A DNA stretch of 64,000 bases from Eledone cirrhosa. Lineage: Eukaryota. Below are positions 12,608 through 23,270 of the stretch, piece by piece; positions within the stretch are counted from its first letter, which is position 1; the number at the start of each line of letters is the position of its first letter. The DNA lies in contig OZ024742.1 of assembly GCA_964016885.1 (NCBI GenBank), positions 200,260,001 through 200,324,000 on the forward strand, given 5' to 3'. The translations under genes and the position numbers were made by a program. The notes beneath the pieces are model-generated. The model saw nothing but the letters and a program-made list of their open reading frames with translations, was not told where the DNA came from and ran no database searches.

Positions 12608-12922
12608 GGATTTAAATGGATACAGTTTAGTTAAAAGGAATTTATTGACACGTGTTTCAATAACAGTTACATAACCTGAAAACAGCTGCTATCTACAAAG
12701 TATTAGTTATGCAGACATTCAATATTTCAATGTTATTATCAACTGTCATTTCATCAGAATAATTTTACTGATGAAATGACAATTGATAATAACATTGAAA
12801 TATTGAATGTCTGCATAACTAATACTTTGTAGATAGCAGCTGTTTTCAGGTTATGTAACTGTTATTGAAACACGTGTCAATAAATTCTTTTTAACTAAAC
12901 TGTATCCATTTAAATCCGTCTA
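12603..12922. repeat. Fold-back palindrome, ~155-bp arms, Penelope pLTR-like
   Basis: Arms nearly perfectly complementary, 10-nt spacer; sits between (TA)n tracts. Confidence 0.92.
12642..12762 (-). ncRNA. Type I hammerhead ribozyme fold with long stem II (imperfect mirror copy on + at 12768-12883)
   Basis: TTATT-CTGATGA-AATGACAGTT...AACTGTTATT-GAAA-C-ACGT-G-TC-AATAA. Confidence 0.65.
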
Positions 12923-13043
12923 TTTTTCTCCGGATTACTTTTGGAACTACAACTGGAACCGTCGAGCAAACTCTACGTGAGCTGTCCATCTACTGTGTGT
13001 AATATTTATATTACAACACTACGGAAAATAATATAAAGAAAAC

Positions 13044-13143
<100 letters not shown>

Positions 13144-13334
13144 ATATATATATATATACATATACATACATACCTATATATATATACATGTTTTCTTTTT
13201 TGTGTGTATGCATGGAAACCTGTATGTGTTTGTGCGTGCATGGATCTGTATGTTTTGAGTTATATATGCACACACTCATATATGTGTGTGTGTGTGTGTT
13301 TCTATATTTATACGTGTGTATACACAATTATTAC

Positions 13335-13560
13335 ATGCTAAATTTCTGAAATGCTTTACATGTTTTTACAGTTCCATTAATGGACTGTACTAGTCAATTC
13401 CTAAATAGCCGTGCTCTTCCTGGTTTTGTGAAGGCCGGCTTCGCAAGATTTGTGCTAGGGGAGCTAGTAACATATTTAAGTGCCCCAATAATCACAGGTA
13501 CAAATCTAAAGCTTAGTCAGAATTGATTACCTGCCAATTCTTAATTAGTTCAGAATGCTT
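13335..13560 (-). mobile_element. 3' fragment of an R4-like element
   Basis: Homologous to 35195-35420 (FVPVIIGAL...[16 protein letters not shown]). Confidence 0.7.
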
Positions 13561-14429
13561 TTGAAATGTATGTATGTATGTATGTATGTATGTATGTATG
13601 TATGTATGTATGTATGCATGTATGTATGTATGTATGTATGTATGTATGTATGTATGTATGTATGTATGTATGTTTGTATGTATATATGAGGGAGCTTATA
13701 GATAGGACAACACACGCTGTCTTTTCGTGGGGTAAGTTTTTAATTAATTTTTGTATTCTGAAACATCAAAATACAACAATTTTTTGGTCACTGGACTCGG
13801 GAATGTCACGACAGAAGTTTGTGGAAGTTACACAAATATTTTAGTATATTTTAGCAGAGCAATCCTTATTTATATTTTACATTTTACATTTACTTACATC
13901 TCAATATAACATGGCTAAAATTCAAATTTTGCAAAGAGAAGAAAACGGTCAAATGAACTAGATACATCTCACTGTCCCCCACCACCACAATAACGTCTAC
14001 ACTCTCTCCCCACTAGCACGTGTCATTACCCTATCTAGACTAAAGTCATCGACCTATTGTCAAACTCTCTACTCTCTGTTGAATGTGTATATATATATAT
14101 GTATGTATATGTGTGTATATACATCACTCAGTCAAACGACCAGATTTCAACCCCAACATCTACAACAACACCGGCACTAATGTTTACAGCAACAACAGCT
14201 TCAGAATGAACTGAAATGAACATTTACAACAACAACAACAACAACAACAGCAGCATCAAAAGATAAAAAAAAAGAAAGGAAAGGGAAAAAAAAGGAAAAA
14301 AAAACAAAAAAACTCAAAATAACAAAACACACACACACACAACACAACAACAACATCAACTGCCACCACCACCACTACCGCCGCCGCCATCACCATCACC
14401 AGCGACCGAGCCTTAAGAAAACAACTTTA

Positions 14430-14585
14430 ATAATAATTTTTCTGCTTTTGGCACGGATCCAGCGACTGGACCAGCGCATCACTGGTACTCTCTTTTGTTG
14501 ACTCTGTGGGGATGAAAGGCAAGGTTGACCTCGGCGGGATTTGAGCTCAGAGTGTGGAGGGCCGTGACTCTCTGCTGTAAAGCAA
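14430..14585 (-). mobile_element. SINE copy with A>G hypermutation (on + strand)
   Basis: Aligns to the family consensus with ~16 A>G changes. Confidence 0.8.
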
Positions 14586-14857
14586 TTATAATAATACTGG
14601 ACTGTAGTACGATCGGCTTCAACTATACAAACTCTTGAAAGTCAACAGTTGACATAATCTTGTAATCTTGTATCAGTAATGACGGTAATATATATATATA
14701 TATATGTGTGTGTGTGCGTGTAAGTGAGTAGAGTAGCGTGTGTGTGTGTTTGTTGTATGTATGAGTGTTGCTGTGTGCGCGCATATGTATGCGTGTGTGT
14801 GTATGTCGTACGTATAAGTGTCAATAAGTGATTTTTTTTTTTTTTTTTTTTTTTTTT

Positions 14858-15160
14858 GCGCGGGGACAGAAATAATCGGGCTGGATGCCCGATCGCGCAG
14901 TTAAACCACTGGGAGTGAAGAACCCCTAGCCCTTGTCAGGGTATTCTTCTAGGAGAAGGCATCTCAGGAAACTGGGTTAACTCCGATATAAAACCTGTGG
15001 CTCAGTAGTTACCGATGATGTTGATCTTTTCTTCTTTTCGGGTTATAGCTACTGTCGCTCAGAGAGTGGGATTGGCTCAGTGCACAATCTTTCCTCACTT
15101 TAAAAATATTCGTCACGCACAGGCATTGCACGAGTGCATTAATAATTATTAATAATGTAC

Positions 15161-15221
<61 letters not shown>

Positions 15222-18200
15222 CAAATTCAATGATGTTCCAGAACAATGTAAACGAGATAAATTCCAATTTGGGTTCTGGAACAAAAAAGATCATTGGCAA
15301 TAAGGGCAGGGGCCCCAAGTTATCACAACCTGGGCCCGCCCGTCATCGTGCCATTGTAATAGAGCCAAACAGGCATTTAGTCTTGGCTGCTGGAACGTAC
15401 GGACGCTGCTTGACAGGGATTCTTTGGAGCGTCCTGAACGAAGGACCGCTCTTGTTGCAAAGGAGCTTCGACGTTACGATCTTGACATCGTGGCTTTATC
15501 TGAGACGAGGTTAGCTGGAGATGGTCATCTTACGGAATTTTGTGGAGAATATACATTCTTCTGGAAAGGAAGAGATGAAGGAACCAGAAGAGAGGCTGGG
15601 GTAGGATTTGTTGTTAAGACTGTACTGGTGAATAAATTAGAAGAATTCCCAGTAGGGATTAGTGAGCGTCTTATGTCCATGAGAGTTCCGCTGGACAAGA
15701 GAAGATATGCTACTCTGGTGAGTGTGTATGCTCCAACTATGAATTCTGTCGATGAAGAAAAACTGTCCTTTTACCATGCCTTGAAAGGTGTTCTAAGAAA
15801 TATCCCTCAGGCAGACAAAGTCATCGTGCTTGGTGACTTTAATGCTAGAGTGGGTAGGGATTTTAACACATGGAATATAATCGGTAGGCATGGGGTGGGA
15901 AAGTGTAACAGCAATGGTATGCTCTTGCTGCAGGTGTGTGAGGAGCTGGATCTGTGTGTTACCAACACCATGTTCCAACAAAAGAACAAATTCAAGACCA
16001 CATGGATGCATCCTGCATCTAAGGAATGGCATCTTTTGGACTACGTCCTAGTCAGGATGCGTGACAGACAGGATGTGCAGTGTGTTCGTGTTCTTCGTGG
16101 AGCTGAGTGCTGGACGGACCACCGCCTGGTACGCGCAAAAGTGAATCTAATCACCAAACGTAAAATCCGGGCTCCTGGTGTTACCCTGCCCAAAAGATTG
16201 AATGCTGCTCGTCTTAAGGATAAAAATGTGAAGAGGACATTGGAAGAAGAGATGCAAGCTGCAGATCTTGGTGAGGATTGGCCGACCCTTAAAAAGTCGG
16301 TTTATGATGTAGGCAGACGTGTTCTGGGATTGGTGCAGAGAAAACATCAGGACTGGTTTAATGAGAATGATGTACATATAGAAGACTTGTTGGCTGATAA
16401 GAGGCGTGCTCTGTCACGCTACTTGACGGCAAAACCACAGGAGAGGAATACGTTGCATGAGGAGCTCAGGGATGTAAAATCACGTGTTAGGCGGAGTCTT
16501 TCTCAGATGAAGGATCAGTGGTGGAGTGAGAAGGCTGGTGAGATACAAACTGCGTCTGATTGCAATAACACAAAGCTGTTGTACAGTCTCTTGCGTGAGG
16601 TTTATGGACCGTCTTCTTCTCTGGTGACACCGATTCGCAGCAAGGATGGCAAAGAACTTCTTCGTGACTCACAGGGAATTCTACGAAGGTGGCGAGAGCA
16701 CTTTGATGATCTTTTGAATCAGCCGTCTGTCGTCAGTGAAGATTTCCTCAATCTCATTCCGGAAAGTCCTGTGAAAGTAGCTCTCGCAGAACCTCCGACG
16801 CTTGTGAAGGTTGCAGTGGCTATTTCGAAGCTGAACAGTGGAAGATCTCCAGGTATGGATGGCATACATGCTGAGCTCCTACAATATGGTGGTGAGAGAC
16901 TCCAGCAACATCTTCACTCTCTGTTTGGAAGGATATGGGCTAATGAATCCGTGCCTGAGGACTGGAGAGATGCAGTAATGGTGGTCTTGTACAAGGGAAA
17001 GGGTAACAGGAATGATTGTGGGAACTACAGAGGTATATCATTGCTTTCTGTCGTAGGGAAATTTCTATGTAGGGTGCTTCTGGACCGTCTGCTGACACCC
17101 ATTGCAGATTGTGTCCTTCCTGAAAGTCAATCTGGTTTTCGTGCTGGACGCGGCACTACTGATATGATCTTCTCAGCTAGACAGCTCCAGGAGAAGTGCA
17201 TTGAACAGGGCTTGGATCTGTATCAGATTTTTGTCGATCTGACAAAGGCTTTCGATACTGTCAACAGAGATGCATTATGGAAGGTTCTCCAGAAACTTGG
17301 TTGCCCTGATAAGTTCCTTGCTTTAGTTAGGTCTTTCCATGACGACATGAAGGCTTGGGTTAATGTCGGAGGTAACATGTCGGAGCCTATCTCAGTAAAA
17401 AATGGAGTGAAACAGGGGGATATTCCAGCACCGACCCTGTTTGCCATATACTTTGCAATGGTTTTCTGTATTGCATTCAGGAATTGCGAGCATGGTGTTT
17501 ACATCCGATATCGAACCTCAGGCAGCATATTTAACATCAGGCGCTTTGCTGCGAAGACAAAAGTATTTACATCGGTCATAAGAGACCTCTTGTATGCAGA
17601 TGATTGCGATCTTGTAGCGCACACAGAGAGTGATATGCAGCACATTTTGAATGTATTTTCTGACGCTTGCACTGCCCTGGGTTTGACTGTCAGTCTCAAG
17701 AAAACCGTCGTCATGTACCAACCTGCCCCTAGTAAGCAGTACACTGAACCAAACATCTATGTGTATGGCAAACGACTTGGAGTGGTTGATCAGTTTGTCT
17801 ACTTGGGAAGCACTGTCAATCGATACGGCAACCTTGACAGTGAAATCTCACTTAGGATTAGGAAAGCATGTGATGCTTTCGGAAAGCTAGAAAGGCGACT
17901 CTGGGGTCGGCGAGACATATGCAGGAGGACAAAGGTAAGGGTGTACAGGGCATGTGTACTCTCTTGTCTTCTTTATGCCTGCGAGACCTGGGTCACATAT
18001 CGACGCCACCTTAAGCAATTGGAGCGTTTCCATCAGATGTGTCTCAGACGGATCCATGGCGTTCACTGGAGGGACCACATCAGTGATGTCGAGATTTTGG
18101 AAAGCTCTATGTGTGACAGTATAGAAGCTCTTGTGCTTAAGCAACGACTCCGTTGGAGTGGTCACCTTGCCAGGATGAAGGATTCTAGAATACCAAAACA

Positions 18201-18782
18201 ACTCTTCTATGGAGAGTTGGTTAAAGGGAAACGACCGCCACATAAACCAAAAAAGAGGTATAAGGATTCCTTGAAAGCCTCTCTGAAAGACGCTAACATC
18301 TCTGCTGATACATGGGAAAATATTGCTGCTGATCGTAATAAATGGAGAAAGACTGTATATGAGGGAAAAGTTGCCTTTGAGGCATCTCGAATCGCACACG
18401 AGAAAGTAAAGCGGGACGTGAGGAAGGGCATTGCTGTTGCACTTCCAGACGGCGAGGGTCCTCCTATGGTTCTGACATGCAGCGTCTGTGCGAGACTCTG
18501 CCTAAGCAAAGCTGGACTCGAAAGTCATCTTCGCAGTCATAAAGTAAGACCAGTGGTTGACTACCAGGCTGCTGTTGGAGATGCTACTCATCATGCTTGC
18601 CAAACATGTGGTAGAGAATGTAAATCAGCAGGAGGGCTCAAGCGACATGCAAGGGTACACGAACTCCAACCACAGCCGACTATTCCCAGTGAATGTTTTG
18701 GTTGCCGACTCTGTGCAAGACATTTTAGATCATTGGCTGGGCTAAAAAGCCACATTCGATCGCAGCACTGTTAGTTGCTATC

Positions 18783-18830
<48 letters not shown>

Positions 18831-19215
18831 GCTTATGTGCGTGCGTGTGTGTGTATATATATATGAATATGTATATTATTATTGTTGTTGTCGTTATTAT
18901 TATTATTGCTATTATTATTATTATTATTATGATTTCATTTATTGGCCACAAGGGCCGACATTATTATTATTATTATTATTGTTATTAATGTATGTGTGTA
19001 TATGTGTGAGTGTATGTGTATGTATGTGTGTATGTATATATGTATGTATGTATATATATATATATATTTTTTTTTTTCTTTTTTCTTTTTTCTTTTTTCT
19101 TTTTTCTTTTTTCTTTTTTTTTTTTTTTTTTTTTTTCTTGTGCAATGGCCATACTCGATAACGAGGGGGCAGCCATCATGTATGTATGTATGTATGTATG
19201 TATGTATGTATGTAT
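14858..19215 (+). mobile_element. Apparently full-length RTE-clade LINE in an intron of the coiled-coil gene
   Basis: Structured 5' region, long ORF, 3' end ggccatactcgataacgagggggcagccatc + (ATGT)n; the 5' boundary is uncertain. Confidence 0.9.
15304..18774 (+). CDS. RTE LINE protein: APE endonuclease + reverse transcriptase + 3 C2H2 zinc fingers
   Basis: WNVRTL, LSETR, GDFNAR, LDYVL, WTDH (APE); NYRGISLL, FVDLTKAFD, GVKQG, LYADD, YLGS (RT); three CxxC-x12-H-x3/4-H; no stop from 15304 to 18774 (ORF track starts at TTG 15424). Confidence 0.95.
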   Translation, partial: GQGPQVITTWARPSSCHCNRAKQAFSLGCWNVRTLLDRDSLERPERRTALVAKELRRYDLDIVALSETRLAGDGHLTEFCGEYTFFWKGRDEGTRREAGVGFVVKTVLVNKLEEFPVGISERLMSMRVPLDKRRYATLVSVYAPTMNSVDEEKLSFYHALKGVLRNIPQADKVIVLGDFNARVGRDFNTWNIIGRHGVGKCNSNGMLLLQVCEELDLCVTNTMFQQKNKFKTTWMHPASKEWHLLDYVLVRMRDRQDVQCVRVLRGAECWTDHRLVRAKVNLITKRKIRAPGVTLPKRLNAARLKDKNVKRTLEEEMQAADLGEDWPTLKKSVYDVGRRVLGLVQRKHQDWFNENDVHIEDLLADKRRALSRYLTAKPQERNTLHEELRDVKSRVRRSLSQMKDQWWSEKAGEIQTASDCNNTKLLYSLLREVYGPSSSLVTPIRSKDGKELLRDSQGILRRWREHFDDLLNQPSVVSEDFLNLIPESPVKVALAEPPTLVKVAVAISKLNSGRSPGMDGIHAELLQYGGERLQQHLHSLFGRIWANESVPEDWRDAVMVVLYKGKGNRNDCGNYRGISLLSVVGKFLCRVLLDRLLTPIADCVLPESQSGFRAGRGTTDMIFSARQLQEKCIEQGLDLYQIFVDLTKAFDTVNRDALWKVLQKLGCPDKFLALVRSFHDDMKAWVNVGGNMSEPISVKNGVKQGDIPAPTLFAIYFAMVFCIAFRNCEHGVYIRYRTSGSIFNIRRFAAKTKVFTSVIRDLLYADDCDLVAHTESDMQHILNVFSDACTALGLTVSLKKTVVMYQPAPSKQYTEPNIYVYGKRLGVVDQFVYLGSTVNRYGNLDSEISLRIRKACDAFGKLERRLWGRRDICRRTKVRVYRACVLSCLLYACETWVTYRRHLKQLERFHQMCLRRIHGVHWRDHISDVEILESSMCDSIEALVLKQRLRWSGHLARMKDSRIPKQLFYGELVKGKRPPHKPKKRYKDSLKASLKDANISADTWENIAADRNKWRKTVYEGKVAFEASRIAHEKVKRDVRKGIAVALPDGEGPPMVLTCSVCARLCLSKAGLESHLRSHKVRPVVDYQAAVGDATHHACQTCGRECKSAGGLKRHARVHELQPQPTIPSECFGCRLCARHFRSLAGLKSHIRSQHC

Positions 19216-19216
19216 G

Positions 19217-19632
19217 AGGAGGGTGATATTTGGACACCCTGTGGGATGAAATACAAGACCCGGCAAAGGGCGGAGGAACTCAGCAGAGTCAACGGCCATT
19301 CAAATAGTATTTTTTTTTTCACCTGGGAGTGAAAGGCCCCCGGTTGTTGTCACAACACCTTTATAGGAGAGGGAAACTCTGAAAAAAAATCCCTGCGGCT
19401 TCGGAAGCATCTGATGATTTTGACCAGTTCTCCTTTTCAGGTAGTGTTTTCGATGCTCAGAGAGTGGGATTGGTCGAGTGCAAGGCCTTTCCTCACTTTA
19501 AAAAATCTTCAAAGCACAAGCATTGCTTGTTCAGGATCTGTTAGAGGTTCGTGTGGCTGGCCGTAGCCTAAACGTTCACCAAACTCTATAATCTGACGAG
19601 CGATTGGAATACTCATGTATGTATGTATGTAT
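19217..19632 (+). mobile_element. Short non-coding RTE-related element directly after the LINE tail
   Basis: Shares ctgggagtgaa and gctcagagagtgggattgg...ttcctcactttaaaaa...gcattgc blocks with the RTE 5' UTR (14910-15128); ends in (ATGT)n. Confidence 0.65.
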
Positions 19633-19861
19633 CTATTTTTTGTGAGCTTCTCACATTTTCATTTCACTCTTTCCACCATATCATATTTTTTTCTCTCTTG
19701 CATTTGCAGATATATATTTAATTATTAATTACTTGTTACTCTATTATTCTATTACGTATTCCAGCCGACAGACAGAGGTCATGCTGGGGCACCGCTATTA
19801 ATTTATTACATTTCTTAAATATACGTCTTTGATATTTTTCTGATTATAAATTTATTCATAG

Positions 19862-19955
19862 CGAGGAATCTAACGATAAAATAACAGTATTAAAAGATAA
19901 AATGGACGAAGGGAAATGCCGAATGAAAATCCGTTACGAGGATCTGAAGGCTAAA
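19862..19955 (+). CDS. Coiled-coil protein gene, internal exon (I-EESNDKITVLKDKMDEG...YEDLKAK)
   Basis: tttattcatag acceptor, AAA|gtgagt donor, phase 2 to 0. Confidence 0.8.
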
Positions 19956-20010
19956 GTGAGTAATCTCCCTTTTTTCCTTATTTATATGTATTGTTAAGTT
20001 TTTCCTAATA

Positions 20011-20345
20011 TAGTGGAACCTCTATTCACGAATGCCTCTCATCACGAACAAATCGGCTCACGAACAATTTTTCAAAACATAAAACGTTTCGGCTCACGAC
20101 CGGTATCTCTGTGTAACGAACATGCTAACCTGCAACAACAGTTGGCAATAAGCTTGGAGTTTCGGCGCGAAAGCGTAACATGCTGATATCTATTTGTCTT
20201 TCGCACACAGTCTCTCTCTCTCGCTGTATTTCTCTCTCAACATTTCGTATGGAAAAAAAAAAAAAACATAATTTCGGTTTACGAACATTTCGAATGAGGA
20301 ACATCCTTTAGGAACGAATTAAGTTCGTGTCCCAAGGTTACAATG
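20011..20345. mobile_element. Tc1/mariner (Tigger/pogo-like) MITE
   Basis: TA|tagtggaacctc...aaggttacaatg|TA imperfect TIRs with repeated acgaac subterminal motifs. Confidence 0.6.
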
Positions 20346-20673
20346 TATATTTAATGCATTGGTGACGAGGGGTTAGTACATTGGTATTTAATCTGGCTCA
20401 CTGCACTCCGCGTTCATTTCTCTGTTTCTTATCATTTCGAGATCGATGAATAAAGTAGCAGTCAAGATACGATGCACTGGGTTGGAGGGATTGTTAAAAC
20501 ATCGAACAGGGTGGTATGTAGTATCTGATTCGTCCACTCTGAGTTCAAATATCACCAAGAGCAAATAAATCAAATACCAATACAGGAATGGTGTGTTGAA
20601 TTAACAGAGTTGTTCAGGAGTTGAAAAGTATGTTTTGTGGTTTTCTATAATGGAGATGATGATGGGAGTAGAA

Positions 20674-20952
20674 ATAATTGTTTCTACTTTTGGCACAAGG
20701 CCAGTAATTATCCCAGTGCATTACTGGTACTTTATTTTATCGACCCCGTAAGGATGAAAGGCAAAGTTAACCTCGGCGGGATTTGAACTCAGACCGTAAA
20801 GGGTCGCAACCCTATGCTTCAAATCATGGCGTCCGACCCTCTACCAAAACTGCCAATTCACCGCCACAAGGCCAGCAATTACCCAGTGTATTACTGGTAC
20901 TTTATTTTATCGACCCCGTAAGGATGAAAGGCAAAGTTAACCTCGGCGGGAT
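20674..20952 (-). mobile_element. SINE plus partial tandem copy
   Basis: Same family. Confidence 0.85.
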
Positions 20953-21055
20953 TCTAAACAGGAATTATACAATTAATATTCCTTTTTACTGACAAATGAA
21001 ATCAAATTAATATGATAAATTAATTGATATATTCCTAATGGTTTTATTTTCGTAG

Positions 21056-21247
21056 ATAGAAGAACTTCAGGATCAAGTAAAATGTGAAAAAGCGTTGCAT
21101 GAAATCACCAAAAACGCCTACAATCTCCTCTCTGGCGACTGGAACAAATTGTATGAAAAAGTATGTGAAATTCGGACGGCAATAATGTCAGTGCCAGTTA
21201 ACCAGTCAATCTGGGTAGATGAGACGAAATTATCTATATCAGATTAA
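21056..21247 (+). CDS. Coiled-coil protein gene, probable last coding exon (IEELQDQVKCEKALHEITK...SISD*)
   Basis: ttttattttcgtag acceptor, open frame to TAA at 21245-21247; an alternative donor AAA|gtatgt at 21161 is possible. Confidence 0.7.
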   Translation: MEELQDQVKCEKALHEITKNAYNLLSGDWNKLYEKVCEIRTAIMSVPVNQSIWVDETKLSISD

Positions 21248-21378
21248 AAAAAGAAACAAACAAAAGAGAAACAAAATTAAACAAAAACAATTTTTTTGAG
21301 CTTGCCCCACATCAAACAGTAAGCACACACATATAAGATATATGTGTCGGCACAAGACGAAGTCTCACTCTCTCTGTA

Positions 21379-21466
<88 letters not shown>

Positions 21467-21527
21467 CACATATGTACATTGAGGAGGAGTACGATTGAAG
21501 AGTTTCAGAAGGATATAGATCCACGCA

Positions 21528-21669
<142 letters not shown>

Positions 21670-21778
21670 CATATATATATATACACACATATATATATAT
21701 ACATATATATATACACACATATATATATATATATATATATACATACATATGTATAGATACATATATATATATATACAC

Positions 21779-21853
<75 letters not shown>

Positions 21854-21879
21854 TATATACATATATATATATACATACA

Positions 21880-21917
<38 letters not shown>

Positions 21918-22429
21918 TTGCACCCTTGTCGAATAGTGATAATAATAATAGAAATAAGAAGAACAACAATAATGACTGTGAATTAAATGGCAGCAGAGAA
22001 GAGACGGAAATTAAAGTGGAATCTACCAAAATGGCATCGTTCTGGCGAAATAGGAAAGTGTGTGTGCGCGTGTGTGGTGTATGTATGTATATAAGCATGT
22101 ATGTATATTTGTATGATTGTATATTTGTTGTAAGTATGTATGTGTGTATGTATGTATTTATGTATGTATGTATATTTGTATGTAAATATATTTGTTGTAT
22201 GTATGTATGGTACAGATATTCACTAAACAAAAATCGTGTAAAAAAGAAAGGGGGAGAATTCAGTATATTATTTTTATCATCATAAATCCAATTGTTTGAA
22301 ATCAGTGTAAAAAACAAAAAAAAAAACAAAAAAAACAACAACTGTAAAAACGCCAAAGATTTTAACGACGAAAACAAAGGAAGAATAGCAGAAACTTTCC
22401 GCAGATTTCTTCAAAACGAAAATGGCATT

Positions 22430-22478
<49 letters not shown>

Positions 22479-22568
22479 AAAAAGAAAATGCTCTTTCATA
22501 TAAAACAATGTGTTGATGTTGTCGTTGTTATTATTATTGTTTGTGTGTGTATATATGTGTGTGTGCGT

Positions 22569-22609
<41 letters not shown>

Positions 22610-23093
22610 ACATACACATACACACATATATATATATATTGTCTTAACTTTACTAATTATCGAATTAATTTGTGTCTGAAACATAGGAATAGCTGTAAAA
22701 CAGCCAGATGCTATTATGAATAGCAAGGGGTCAGGTTAAAGTAAAACCTCCTATGAATGGAGTGTGGATATTGGATGGTTGGCCATGTATTTTTCCATGC
22801 AAATAAATACCTAGTTCCTCGTGTTTGGGTATTTACTCAGGGATTTGAATCCCTGTATTACCCAGAATTTCTCATTTAGGCAAAGCGAAAACCACTTAGT
22901 TCCTTTGATATACGTCCTGGGCCAATCTATTGTATTCCACTTAATTGTGTAGGGTATCATTTTATCTTTTGCTTTGCCAGTGCTTTGGCTGTCCTCTTTT
23001 GTAGGTGGCTAAAGTATGTGATATATGAGTAGTACCATTGTTTCAGCTCAGTTGAAAACATGGACCTATCTTTTTCGTTATCCCTTCTTGCGG

Positions 23094-23133
<40 letters not shown>

Positions 23134-23270
23134 GGCCTGCCCGCCCAGCCAGTGAGATGGCGTCATCGTATGGCTAAAACGGCACGTGCTGTGACCAGCG
23201 GCGCCCGACAGACTGGTCGGTCAAGGTGATATATATATATATATATATACATGTACATGTATATATGTAT

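Noticed and set aside
14858-14920. HDV-like ribozyme at the RTE 5' end
   Set aside because: Only a simple nested hairpin (GCGCG/CGCGC, ATCGGGC/GCCCGAT) is visible; the double pseudoknot could not be built
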